A DNA stretch of 64,000 nucleotides, taken from NCBI GenBank assembly GCA_951406725.2, contig OX597841.1:1240001-1304000 (forward strand), read 5' to 3'. Both the position numbers and the translations under genes were made by a program. The notes under the pieces were generated by a model. That model was not told the origin of the DNA, did no database searches, and worked only from the letters and a program-made list of their open reading frames with translations. This DNA is from Octopus vulgaris (Eukaryota). Of this stretch, positions 1 through 11,687 are shown piece after piece (positions within the stretch are counted from its first letter, which is position 1; every line of letters begins with the position of its first letter).

Positions 1-502
1 AGATTGCCTTTCATTATGGCTCTGTTCAGTTAGGGTTGACACAGGGTTAACAAAGATGACGTACAGTGGAACATGGCACATCAACACAAACCAACCAACA
101 AGCGAGCCCCTATGTGGTCATTTGATGTGCGAGAAATAACAGTCAAGCCTTCTAGAATAGATGGGATGGTCACAGTTAGATTGCCTTTCATTATGGCTCT
201 GTTCAGTTAGGGTTGACACAGGGTTAACAAAGATGACGTACAGTGGCACATGGCACATCAACACAAACCAACCAACAAGCGAGCCCCTATGTGGTCATTT
301 GATGTGCGAGAAATAACAGTCAAGCCTTCTAGAATAGATGGGATGGTCACACTTAGATTGCCTTTCATTATGGCTCTGTTCAGTTAGGGTTGACACAGGG
401 TTAACAAAGATGACGTACAGCGGCACATGGCACATCAACACAAACCAACAAGCGAGCCCCCTATGTGGTTGTTTGATGTGCTAGAAACAACAGCCAAGCC
501 TA
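1..502. repeat. Tandem repeat with a 177-bp unit (about 2.8 copies; may extend upstream of the window)
   Basis: AGATTGCCTTTCATTATGGC recurs at 1, 178 and 355. Copies 1 and 2 are near-identical, and copy 3 diverges at its end. Confidence 0.95.
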
Positions 503-699
503 GTTGAATCCATGTCCTACTGTCTTATATAAAATGCATAAAAGAAAGAGGAAGGACGGATCAGATAATTTAGTTCTTGATACACTAATGACCGCCACAT
601 TTCTCCGTCTTTGTCATCCCCGTCGTCGCTTAGGCACCTCAACACCACCACGACCACCACTGCTACTACGGTCAACACCATTACAGTAACAATCACATC

Positions 700-716
700 A
701 TCTGCAACAATCACAA

Positions 717-747
<31 letters not shown>

Positions 748-885
748 CATCATACATACACACATACACACACACATCATACATACACACATACACACAC
801 ACATCATACATACACACACACACACACACATCATACATACACACATACACACACACATCATACATACACACATACACACACACAT

Positions 886-916
<31 letters not shown>

Positions 917-1064
917 ACACACACACACACACATCACACACACACACACACACACACACATCATACATACACACATACACACACACATCATACATACACA
1001 CATACACACACCATACGCATCCATATATAAACATTCATGAATATACTGACACATTTAAAGTCAT

Positions 1065-1097
<33 letters not shown>

Positions 1098-1450
1098 CAT
1101 AAATATACATGCATGCACACATACACACACAGGGACAGGCACACACACAAATTTACACACACATTACAAACATGCACAAAAGGACACACATACACATATA
1201 TGTATACACACACACACACACACACACACACTCATGCAAACACTCTGAAACAGGTTCATAAATATACATGCATGTGCACACACCCCCCACACACACACAC
1301 ATACAAACTCACACACACACACACACACACACACTCAAGCACAAATTTACACATGCATTCAGACACACATACGCATATGCATATTAACATTCACTAAATA
1401 AATTCTACAATTCCCTTTTCATAATTGAGAAAGAAATTGTGTGTGTATTG

Positions 1451-1499
<49 letters not shown>

Positions 1500-1589
1500 A
1501 TAGATAGATATATATACGCATGTGTACATACACACACATAATATATATTATATAAAATATATGTATATATATCTATATATTTATATAAC

Positions 1590-1642
<53 letters not shown>

Positions 1643-1654
1643 TATATGCATATA

Positions 1655-1730
<76 letters not shown>

Positions 1731-1740
1731 TATATATACG
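700..1740. repeat. (CA)n/(TA)n microsatellite block with a ~30-bp CATCATACATACAC minisatellite
   Basis: Directly visible; explains the HT/CV/YI ORFs in this region. Confidence 0.95.
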
Positions 1741-2195
1741 TGCATGGCTAGAGAAAGAGAGCTTTTATTAGAAAGTAGGTCAAACAGTAGTTGCAGCAGC
1801 TTACATCTTCAGCTGCTGCTGTTGGCTGCTTCTTCTCTCTCTCTCTCTTTCTCACTCTGTCTTTCTCTCTCCCCCTTTCCTGCTCCTTCCCTTTCTTCCT
1901 TTCTCTCTCTCTCTTTCTTGCATTTAAGGCACAGCAGCTGACTGACTGACTGATTGGCTAATCGGACTGCTGGCAGGTTGGCTGGCTGGCTGGCTGGTGT
2001 AGATGGTAGGCTGGCTGGCTGGCTGGCTGGTCGGCTGGTTGGCTGGTTTGTCTTTTTATCTGTTACTTGTTTCGCTCATTGAGAAGTGCGACCATGCTGG
2101 GGCACCACCCTGAAAGATTTGAGTCAAATAAATCAGTCCAAGTACTCATGTGTGTGTGTGTGTGACTTATGTGTGTGTATGTGACTTGTGTGTGT

Positions 2196-2536
2196 GAAGG
2201 TGTATAGCTCAGTGGTTAAAGCGTCAGGCTCATAAGTGAGATAGTGAGTTCGATTCCCAGACCAGGCTGTGCGTTGTGTTCTTGAGCAAGACACTTTATT
2301 TCATGTTGCTCCAGTTCACTCAGTATTAGAAATGAGTTGCAACATCACTGATACCAAGCTGTATTGGCCCCTTTTCCTTTCCCTTGTATAATATCAGTGG
2401 TGTGTAGAGGGGGGGGGGGGGGGCAGGTATGCATGAGTGACTGCTGGTCTTCCATAAACAACCTAGTCCACATTTGTGCCTTGGAGGGGAACTTTCTAGA
2501 TGCAATCCCATGGACATTCATCACCAAAGGGGGTCC
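2196..2536 (+). mobile_element. tRNA-derived SINE, family D (CORE-like middle)
   Basis: A-box TAGCTCAGTGG, B-box GTTCGATTC, then TTGAGCAAGACACTT. A second full copy lies at 20919-21253. Confidence 0.85.
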
Positions 2537-2544
2537 TTACTGTA

Positions 2545-2581
<37 letters not shown>

Positions 2582-2584
<3 letters not shown>

Positions 2585-2727
2585 AAGTAGATAAATGAAT
2601 TATCTTATTACGGATTATTCAAATGATAACCGACACCTGGGTAGCAAAAATCACAACAGAAAAAGCACGGTTGAGGTTATGATCATGGGGCCTAAAATCC
2701 GTGCCTTAGTGCGGAAATTTGAAGTTT
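2582..2727. repeat. Unclassified (TA)n-embedded interspersed repeat (second copy at 35326-35470)
   Basis: Both loci share ATGAATTATC..GGAT.ATTCA, AACCGA.ACC.GGGTA, AAAGCACGGTTGA and GGAAATTTG. Confidence 0.7.
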
Positions 2728-2791
2728 TATATATTTAGTGTAGGAAGAACAGCTCCATTTCTTCCTACACTATATATATATATATATATAT

Positions 2792-2995
2792 GCCATGATA
2801 GATCGTTAGCTCCTACATGCATTTTTTTCTCTCCTTGTTTCTCTCCTTGTTTTTTTTCTGTGTCCCTCTCTGTTGAAGAGCGTAGGCTTGAAACGTAAAA
2901 GACTTGTTCTATTTCTATTCCTGAGCGCCATACTAATACATTTGTTTGTTTGTACTCCACCTGCCTTCGTCTTTTGTTTATTTTCGTAAACCTTC

Positions 2996-2998
<3 letters not shown>
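2792..2998 (+). mobile_element. Penelope-like pLTR-type fragment with a degenerate minimal hammerhead motif (2864-2902)
   Basis: CTGTTGA-A-GAGC-GTAG-GCTT-GAAA-CG-TA, flanked by (TA)n. Related to the element at 10676-10860 (shared TTCCTGAGCG and downstream AATAC). Confidence 0.5.
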
Positions 2999-3056
<58 letters not shown>

Positions 3057-3057
<1 letters not shown>

Positions 3058-3458
3058 TCTTTTACCCTTTTATTCTTTTACTTCTTTCAGTAATTTGACT
3101 GTGGCCATGCTGGAGCACCGCATTTAGTCGAGCAAATCGACCCCAGGACCTATTCTTTGTAAGCCTAGTACTTATTCTATCGGTCTCTTTTGCCAAGCTG
3201 CAAAGTTACATGGATGTAAACACACCATCATCGGTTCTGAAGTGATGGCAGGGGGACAAACACACACACAAAAATGCACACACACACACACACACACACA
3301 TATACGACGAGCTTCTTTCAGTTTCTGTCTACCAAATCCACTCACATGGCTTAGGTCGGCCCGAGGCTATAGTAGAAGATACTTGTCCATGGTGCCACGC
3401 AGTGGGACTGAACCCGCAACCATGTGGTTGGGAAGCAAGCGTCTTGCTACCCAGCCAT
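3057..3458 (-). mobile_element. tRNA-derived SINE, family A (internal TA/TG microsatellite), full length
   Basis: Reverse complement of the copy at 52817-53210. A 3' half on the + strand follows at about 3460-3695. Confidence 0.9.
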
Positions 3459-3714
3459 ATATATTATGTATGTGTGTGTGTGTCATTGTATCTTTGTCCC
3501 ACATCACTGCTTGACAACCAGTGTTGGTGTGTTTACATCCTCATAACTGAGCAGCTTGACAAACAAATCCAATAGAATATGTCCTAGGCTTCAAAAATAA
3601 AAAAAAAGTCCAGGTGCCATTTCCTTCAACTAAAATTCCTCAAGGCAGTGCTCCAGCATGGCCACAGTCTGATGGCTGAAACAAGTAAAAAGGCAAAAAA
3701 GAAAAAGTTCAAAA

Positions 3715-3990
3715 TACATAGTTTTAACATGTTTTGTTATACCTTGGGTGGGGGTCACTATGCCAATAATAGACACACACACACACACACACACTGGTTC
3801 TACTTCACTTCTTTTATTATTATTAGTCAACTAGTAAACTATTCAACCAATTAACTAATCAATACTTTGATTAACCATTCGGTCAATCAGTCAACTAGTT
3901 TGGTTCATCAGGGTCCTTTCGTCACTATTCACGACCTCACCAATGTTGTGTCGTCTCTACTGCAGTCCTGTTTCTGGTCTGTTTGTGTCT
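3715..3990. repeat. Unclassified interspersed repeat G (other copies about 18985-19140 and, inverted, about 19150-19460)
   Basis: Shared ATTCGGTCAATCA..CAACTAG and GAC(C)TCA.CAATG blocks; GTCACTATGCCAATAA matches the reverse complement at about 19405-19425. Confidence 0.6.
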
Positions 3991-4133
3991 CTGAAGATAA
4001 ACAGAGCAGCTGCAAACTAAGCAGGTCAGACAGACTTGAATCATTGATGAAGTTGGGAATAGATCTGGAAGGGCATGCTGACTAAGAATCTGATTGTAGA
4101 TTTCAGCATTGACAGAGCACATATACATACATC

Positions 4134-4450
4134 GCCATCATCATCATCATCATCATCATTTAGCGTCCGCTTTCCATGCTGGCATGGGTTGGACGGTTCA
4201 ACTGGGATCTGGGAAGCCAGAAGGCTGCACCAGGCCCAGTCTGATCTGGCAGTGTTTCTACGGCTGGATGCCCTTCCTAACGCCACCCACTCCGTGAGTG
4301 TAGTGCGTGCTTTTTACGTGCCACTGGCACAGGTGCCAGACCGGGCTGGCAAACGGCCATGGTCGGATGGTGCTTTTTACGTGCCACCGGCACGGGGGCC
4401 AGGTGAGGCTGGCAATGATCGGATGGTTTGCTTACGTGCCACCGGCACTG
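4134..4450 (-). mobile_element. SINE-like family C with a (GAT)n tail and internal ~60-bp repeats
   Basis: Minus strand reads GGCACGTAAAAAGCAC..TAGGAAGGGCATCCAGCCGTAGAAAC..(GAT)n. About ten copies occur in the window. Confidence 0.85.
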
Positions 4451-4614
4451 GCGAACTTCTACTGACTCTTTCGCCACAACTTTCTCTCACTCTTTCATCC
4501 TGCATCTTGCAGCTCACTTGCGACGGACTGGTGTCCTGTCCAGGTGGGGAACCTATACGCCAAGGAAACCAGGAAACCGGTCCTTATGAGCCAGGCGTGG
4601 CTCAAGAAGGAACA

Positions 4615-4620
<6 letters not shown>
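4449..4620 (+). mobile_element. SINE family E, tail type 3 (5'-truncated)
   Basis: Matches 5695-5880 and the 3' part of the full copy at 20520-20817. Confidence 0.8.
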
Positions 4621-4646
<26 letters not shown>

Positions 4647-4649
<3 letters not shown>

Positions 4650-5013
4650 TTCAGCAAAAATTTAGATTCAAATGAATATGGTACTTAATTTAGATGCACC
4701 AGAGTTTTGTATGGTGTTATCCATATAAATCTGTGGGGTGATTATAATCAAAATAAGCAACTCCGGTAATTGGAAGGACTTCACTACCTCATATGTTCTT
4801 AAAATTTGAAATCCACATCTTTGTCTTTATATCTACCTTCTCTATAATGTTGCCACTTGATTTGAAAATTTTTGTATTAATGGAAAACGTCTATAATTGG
4901 CTGATGAGTACTCAGCATCTTAAATCTGTTGTAATACTTACAACATTTAATAAAATGATGTAGTACGAAACGATCGTACCAACTTACCGGAGTCATTTTT
5001 GTTGCTTATTTTG
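4647..5013 (+). mobile_element. (TA)n-embedded Penelope-like/retrozyme-type element with a partial inverted end
   Basis: Contains the hammerhead below. CAAAATAAGCAAC-TCCGGTAA-TTGG (4749-4773) is the inverted counterpart of CCAA-C-TTACCGGA..GTTGCTTATTTTG (4979-5013). Confidence 0.6.
4895..4984 (+). ncRNA. Type I hammerhead ribozyme with an intact core
   Basis: TTGG / CTGATGA (4901-4907) / stem II GTACT...AGTAC / GAAA (4967-4970) / palindromic CGATCG / TA / CCAA. Predicted cleavage after GUA at 4978. Confidence 0.85.
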
Positions 5014-5036
5014 TATATATATATATATATATATAT

Positions 5037-5243
5037 AAGAGGGTGCTGAAAAGCTCCTGGCCTTAAGAGTTTTGTGAAAAGCCTGGCTGGAGGGCCAACC
5101 TTTTGAGTACTTTCAGTAAAATTGAAGGGCCGCTACAATAAGTGTGTGAATCAGAGAGGGGAATATGTTAAATAAAATCAGGATTAACTGATCCTCCTGT
5201 ATTTTCTTTCACCCAAAGCCATGAACTTTTCATCGACCATTCA
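5037..5243 (+). mobile_element. mariner-derived MITE
   Basis: Imperfect TIRs (GGTGCTGAAAAGCTCCTGGC / GCCATGAACTTTTCATCGACC) in a TA context. The interior encodes a mariner C-terminus-like peptide, KLKGRYNKCVNQRGEYVK*. Confidence 0.75.
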
Positions 5244-5984
5244 TACATACATATACACACACAAAGACACATACACACACACGCACACATAGGGTAGTCT
5301 AGGTCCCTTAAGTCTTTGGATACTGTCGAAATTGTCCGACCTGTGTCAGCGTAGAGAGAACATGAAATGATGACGGAGAAAATGATGACAAGCATATATC
5401 TGTAGTCATGTGCGTATCTATGTATATCTCTACACTCATGTATCTATTCATATGTATTTGTATATGTGTATACATAGCATATATATGCGTAAGTGCGTGT
5501 GTACTCATATTTGTATGTATGCATATGGCTGCATATATAATGTGTATGTGTGAGTGTGTGTATGTATGTGAATAATTGATATGCATGTGCTTCACAATGG
5601 TCATCTCAGAGCATCTATAATGACGTATTTTTCTCTGAGAGTGCTCAATGGAAAATTAAAAATTAATTAGACCCTGTGACAACAATGTCAACGCGGCGGC
5701 TGAAGGTAATGGCGAACTTCTGCTGACTCCTTCGCCACAACTTTCTCTCACTCTTTCCTCCTGCATCTTGCAGGTCACCTGCGACGGACCGGCGTCCTGT
5801 TCAGGTGGGGAACGTATATGCCAAGGAAACCGGGGAACCAGCCCTTATGTGCCAGGCGTGGCTTGAGAAGGAACAAACAACCACTAGACCACGTGTATTC
5901 ACAGGATGTATGTAGATCATCATAAATAAGTCCTGTTTCACAACAGATCTTGAAGTAGATAGAGCTACAAATAATGACTTCAAA

Positions 5985-6182
5985 TTTTGGCACAAGGCCA
6001 GGAAGTTCAAGGGAGAGGGGAAGTCAACCTCAGTGCTATACTGGTACTTGTTTTATTGACCCCGAAAGGGATGAAAGGCAAAGTCGACCTCAGCAGAATC
6101 TGAACTCAGAATGTCAAGATGGATGAAATGCCACTAAGCATTTTGCCCCGGTGTGCTAACGATTCTGCCAGCTCGCTGCCTT
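5985..6182 (-). mobile_element. SINE family B (short form)
   Basis: Reverse complement of GGCGAGCTGGCAGAATCGTTAGCAC..GAGTTCA..GAGGTCGACTTTGCCTTTCATCC. About 20 copies occur in the window. Confidence 0.85.
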
Positions 6183-6654
6183 TGGAGTTGGTTATTGATT
6201 TACTTATTGAATATACTTACCAATACTGTTGGACATAGGGTAAATGTGTTTGAAAGTTGTGGTTTCTTTGGTATGTTTGTTCCCAAACAACACTTATTTT
6301 TGTGCTGTTGACATCACCGGATTGAATGGTACTGCCCAGGTGTCGAAACCATAATGATATCCATGTGACAGCTGATGATGGGGGTATGTTGGATTGTTGG
6401 CATGGCTGTTTTTGTATATGTGGAATAGCGTTATAATATATTCTTTTGATATAAATATAGGGTTAGAAAAAAAAACCAACCCTAAGATTGAAAGGTCCCA
6501 TGGATAGCCTTATATCTTTTCCATTCAAAGGGCTTTTAACCCAGTGTTTACACCCTATTATTTATAACTTGGTTTGTTTTGAGTTTCACTGTTAAAAACT
6601 TCTTCTATAATGAATGACTGAATGAATATGAAGTAGACAAAGATAGAAACAATG

Positions 6655-6915
6655 TTCTTTTATTCTTGTATTTGTTTCAGTCAGTGCATTGTAGCCATGC
6701 TGGGGCACTGCCTTGAAGGAAGTTAGTCGAATGAGTTGACCTCCAGTACTTTGTTTTTAAAGTTTGGTACTTATTCTATTGATCTCTTTAGATGAACTGT
6801 TAAGTTATGGGGACATAAACTTACCAGCAACAATTGCGGAGCAGTGGAGAGGACAAACACATACACAAAGACATACATGCATAGACACACACACACACAC
6901 ACACATATACACATT

Positions 6916-7014
<99 letters not shown>

Positions 7015-7205
7015 ATGTATGTATGTATGTATGTGTATATATATATATATGATGGGCTTCTTTCAGTTTCTCTCTGCCAAATCCACACACAGGGCTTTGG
7101 TCGGTGCAAGGCTATAGTAGAAGAAACTTGCCCAAGGTGTTGCCCAGTGAGACTGAACCTGAGATCATGTCGTTGGGAAGCAAGCTTCTTACCACACAGC
7201 TGCAC
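6655..7205 (-). mobile_element. SINE family A, diverged, with expanded internal (TA)n
   Basis: Colinear with the family A consensus. Confidence 0.8.
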
Positions 7206-7477
7206 AAAATCAAAAAAACAACAATGACCATCCCAGTTATTTATAGTTTTTATCTAGTTCAAGTTCTGTCTCACAATTTCTAAATTCTAAAGCATGGTTT
7301 TAGATTTATGAAAATAGACAGTGATAGTCATGGCTAGAATGCACTTTCACCATCATAGATAGATTTTTCTTTTCTTTTACCTCGCCATCAGGATTTGATA
7401 CTGGTCAGTACTAAACAACAATAACAACGATATCTACTACTGCAGCCCCCACAGGAGAAAATACGTGATTGAAATCT

Positions 7478-7523
<46 letters not shown>

Positions 7524-7849
7524 TGTACCAAACGCTCTCATCTTGTATATTCAAGTTTGGACACGATTGATTTATTTTCTGTCAGGACGATGCAAAGGAA
7601 CAAAAGCTGGCTTTGCCTTTTCTTTTTCTTTTTCTTTTTTTTTTCTTGTGAAGAATGCCTCCTCCCCTCACTCTCTCTCCTTCCTTTGCTTGCCCGCTCG
7701 CTAGTGGTCCCCACCCCCACCCCCACCTCACCCCCAACTCCATCAATTCCTTCCGTTTGCTATGACAATGACCATCATTATTTTGATGGTTTTTAAGATG
7801 GAAAACACAGAAAGATGTAATTATTCAGGTATGCAGGTCCGTGTATGCA

Positions 7850-8570
7850 TATGTATGTGTGTGTGTGTGTGTGTGTATAAGTGTATGTATGCGTGTCTGT
7901 ATCTGTATGTATGTGTATATATGCGTGTATATGTATGTGTGTGTGTATGGATGTGTGTGTATTTGTGTATGTATGTGTGTCTGTGTGTGCGTGTGTATGT
8001 GTGTATATGTATGTGTGTGTATGTATGTGTGTGTATTTGTGTATGTGTATGTATGTGTGTGTATGCGTGCGTGCATATGTGTGTATGTATGTTTGTGTGT
8101 GTATGCGTGTATATGTATGTGTGTATGTACGTGTGTGTATTTGTGTATGTGTATGTATGTGTGTGTACGTGTGCGTGCATATGTGTGTGTGTATGTATGT
8201 GTGTATATGTATGTGTGTGTATGTACGTGTGTGTATTGTGTATGTATGTGTGCATGCATATGTGTGTATGTACGTATGTGTGTGTATGCACGTGTGTGTA
8301 TGAGTGTATGTATGTGCATGTAGGTGTGTATATGTATGAGTGTGTATGTACGTGTGTGTATGTGTATGCATGCATGTGTGTGTATGTATGTGTGTGTGTG
8401 TGTATGTATGTGTGCATGTGTGTGTATGATGTGTGTATGTATGTGTATATGTATGTGTATATATGTATGTATGTATGTGTATGCATGTGTGTGAATGTAC
8501 GTGTGTATATATATATGAGTATGTATGTATGTATGTGTGTATATGTACATGTGTGAGTGTACGTATGTGT
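7850..8570. repeat. Degenerate (TG)/(TATG)n microsatellite
   Basis: Directly visible. Confidence 0.95.
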
Positions 8571-8641
8571 TGATGCAATGACTGCTCTTGTTGTGTAGTA
8601 GCGTTGTTGTCTCTTGTCATTTCTGTGTTGTTGTTGTTAGT

Positions 8642-8742
8642 ATTGGCAACATGAATGACAATGGTCAGAGACTACTTGAATTTTGCACATACTATGACCT
8701 GTGCATCACTAACACATTCTTCGCCTACAAGACATCCCACAA

Positions 8743-8746
<4 letters not shown>
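8642..8746 (+). mobile_element. RTE-clade LINE fragment (AP-endonuclease region)
   Basis: Translates IGNMNDNGQRLLEFCTYYDLCITNTFFAYKTSHKA, matching the RTE motif NxNGxxLLEFC..LxITNTFF..K..HK. Confidence 0.85.
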
Positions 8747-8775
<29 letters not shown>

Positions 8776-8778
<3 letters not shown>

Positions 8779-9090
8779 AAAAATACAAACTGGGACAACA
8801 ACGCAAAACATTTAGAAGACGATACAAAAAACACGGAGGGGACATTCAAAGCCTTCAATCTTCAGTCAAGAACCGGATCATCCTCGCAATTTCGGCTGAT
8901 TAATCTTGAGATTGCTCCGATCTGGCCAGCCCCAAAGGAAAATCTAAGCCAAACGCATTAGATTCCTTGGAAGAAAGCTTTGAATGTATACAAAACAAGG
9001 ACGGGAAAACGGACGATGTTACACGAATAAGAATACAAAAATACGTAAAAACAATAATGATAATAATAATAACAAAAACAGGACGTTACA

Positions 9091-9092
<2 letters not shown>
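8776..9092. repeat. Unclassified (TA)n-embedded repeat (second copy at 34726-35095)
   Basis: Both loci share CAGTCAAGAACC, CGCAATTTCGGCTGATTAATCTTGAGATTGCTCC and CATTAGATTCCTTGGAAGAAA. Confidence 0.85.
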
Positions 9093-9140
<48 letters not shown>

Positions 9141-9240
9141 CACACACATATATTTTTAATATATTTGCAATAATTACATGCATACTAGCTGGCCCCGTGC
9201 CATCAAAAATGACAGCTAATTGTAGTATTTTATATATAAA

Positions 9241-9623
9241 CTAGCAGTATCGCCTGGCGTTGCTCGGGTTTGTAAGGGAAATAACTATAAAGCATTTTTA
9301 CAGAGTTATAGCCAAAAAATAGCAAAAAAATGGGGAAAAAATTATGTTAAATTTTTTTGAGAGTTAAAAAGGTCGAGTTGCGTCCCCTAGACAGTCTGTG
9401 GTTTGTGTTTCTGATTCTCGACCCCATGTCGAATTTATCGATTTTTTTCAGAACTGGGGGAACTTTTCAAAATTTTCACTGCGTTAGTTTTGAATTATGA
9501 CATTGGGCTATGTGTGTGTCAAGTTTCATCAGAATCGGTTGAAAGCTGTGGTCAGGGTGAGGGTACAACCTAACAGACACACAGACACGCACACAGACAA
9601 ACTGCCGTTTATATAGAGAGAGA
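9241..9623 (-). mobile_element. Non-autonomous Helitron
   Basis: On the minus strand it starts with TC, ends with hairpin CCCGAGCAACGCCAGG plus CTAG, and sits between A and T. A sister copy lies at 53431-53862. Confidence 0.8.
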
Positions 9624-10359
9624 TATCCATACATACACTCACACATATATTTTTAATATATTTGCAATAATTACATGCATACTAGCTGGCCCCGTGCCAT
9701 CAAAAATGACAGCTAATTGTAGAATTTTATATATAAATATGGATGGTAAATCAAATTAATACACTTGTCAATGTTATCTGGTGGTTGTCTTTTGAGATGT
9801 GACATTGATCATCGTTTGTTATTGAAAGAATGCTGGTTCACACATACATTCACGTACTCCCCTTGTACACATACACACACAGAGCTGAAACGCTGTTTGA
9901 GTTTCCTTTTCATGTTCACTTCCATTGCACACACACACACACACACACAAACGTTCACGTACCTCCCTTTTACATACACACACATATACTCACACAGAGC
10001 TGAAACTCTCCCACTACCAATTTGCCATCACCCCTTCCTTTCTCATTCACATGTTGTGACGGAGAAAAACACAGCCACTTGCATGCTAATTTCACGAGCA
10101 AGCTGTTCTGTTGATCATATCAGCTGGGATCCTCATCATCATAACCGACAGAGTGCTCCTTTATATATATATATATATTAGGATATATATATTTTTAAAT
10201 TCTATGATTTTATGTAAACATTATTGTTTTCATGTGTTTATAGACCATGGTGTTTTTTTATATATGATTAAATGATTGAGGGGTGGTGTTGTATATAAAG
10301 TCATTGACCCCAAATTAATGTTTGTTCTATAACTAGTGCTTCTTTATGTATATAATATA

Positions 10360-10395
<36 letters not shown>

Positions 10396-10509
10396 TGTAT
10401 GTATGTATGTATGTATGTATATATATATATATGTACATATATATATATGTATGTATATATATATATTATTGTATTTAGGAATGGTCATTTTGCCAGTTTA
10501 GCCAATATA

Positions 10510-10650
10510 TCATCATCATCATCATCATCATAGTTTAGTGTCCGCTTTCCATGTTACCATGGGTTGGACGGTTCAACTGGGGTCTGGGAAGCCAGAAGGT
10601 TGCACCAGGCCCAGTCTGATCTGGCAATGTTTCTACGGCTGGATGCCCTT
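10510..10650 (-). mobile_element. SINE-like family C, 3' part
   Basis: (CAT)n followed by GTCCGCTTTCCATG..GGATGCCCTT. Confidence 0.8.
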
Positions 10651-10675
10651 ATTGACGCCAATGCCCTTCCTAAAG

Positions 10676-10860
10676 TTAATCCAAACATGAAAACACAAAG
10701 AGAAAACACAACAACGCGAGGACGTGGAACAAGTATAGTATTATTGGACGCTCAGGAAAGAAGGAAGGTTTAACGTTTCGAGCGGAGCTCTTTGTCAGAA
10801 ACATAGGAGAAGGAAAGATCCAAAGAAGGGAAGACAGAGGAAAAAATATCACGGTCAAAC
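10676..10860 (-). mobile_element. Penelope-like pLTR-type fragment with a minimal hammerhead motif (10768-10801)
   Basis: Minus strand reads TTT-CTGACAA-A-GAGC-TCC-GCTC-GAAA-CG-TT-AAA. Confidence 0.6.
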
Positions 10861-11442
10861 AGAGATACCAGTTATAGCAACTGATTAAGGGATAAAATAT
10901 CCACAGATTCTACTGGTATCCTGTGTTGTCCCTGGGCACTGGTGTGCAAGTGTGTACACCATACATATATATATAAAACATCTGTAAAACTTTCCTGAAG
11001 TTTAACATTTAGATATATATGAGCATGTCTAGATATGCAACTATATGCATGAGAACACATACATAAAACATGCAAATCTGCACATACGTACATACATGCA
11101 CATGTATATATTTGTACCTACATACATGCTTACACATATATACATTTATACATACATACATACATACATACATACATACATACATACATACATACATGTA
11201 TATAAATAAACTTACATGCAGACACATACGTGCATGTAAACATAATGCCATATGCTCTCACACATGCACACACACACATACATAAACTTATGTTCAGGGA
11301 TGCTCTCTTACGCACACACACACACACACACACACACATATGCATACACAAACATTCACGCATGCACACACACATACTCACACACACACACTCACACACA
11401 CACACACACTCACACACACACACTCACACACACACACACACT

Positions 11443-11473
<31 letters not shown>

Positions 11474-11560
11474 ACACTCACACACACACTCACACACACA
11501 CACTCACACACATACACTCACAGACACACACACTCACACATACACTCACAGACACACACA

Positions 11561-11601
<41 letters not shown>

Positions 11602-11654
11602 ACACACACTCACACACACACACACGCACACACACACTCACACACCGACAGACA

Positions 11655-11687
<33 letters not shown>

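Noticed and set aside
2196-2270. tRNA genes at SINE heads (also 18040-18100, 20919, 44860 and 52817)
   Set aside because: They have A/B boxes only, with no complete cloverleaf, and run directly into repeated SINE bodies.
4075-4665. Recurrent 'protein family' ..QSDLAVFLRLDALPNA.. (also at 10564, 14121, 21724, 54069 and 61780)
   Set aside because: This is antisense read-through of SINE-like family C; copies carry frameshifts and different ends.
6200-6600. Possible Penelope GIY-YIG remnant on the minus strand (CKHWVKSPLNGK)
   Set aside because: The resemblance is short and no GIY/YIG motif was found; it would need BLASTX.
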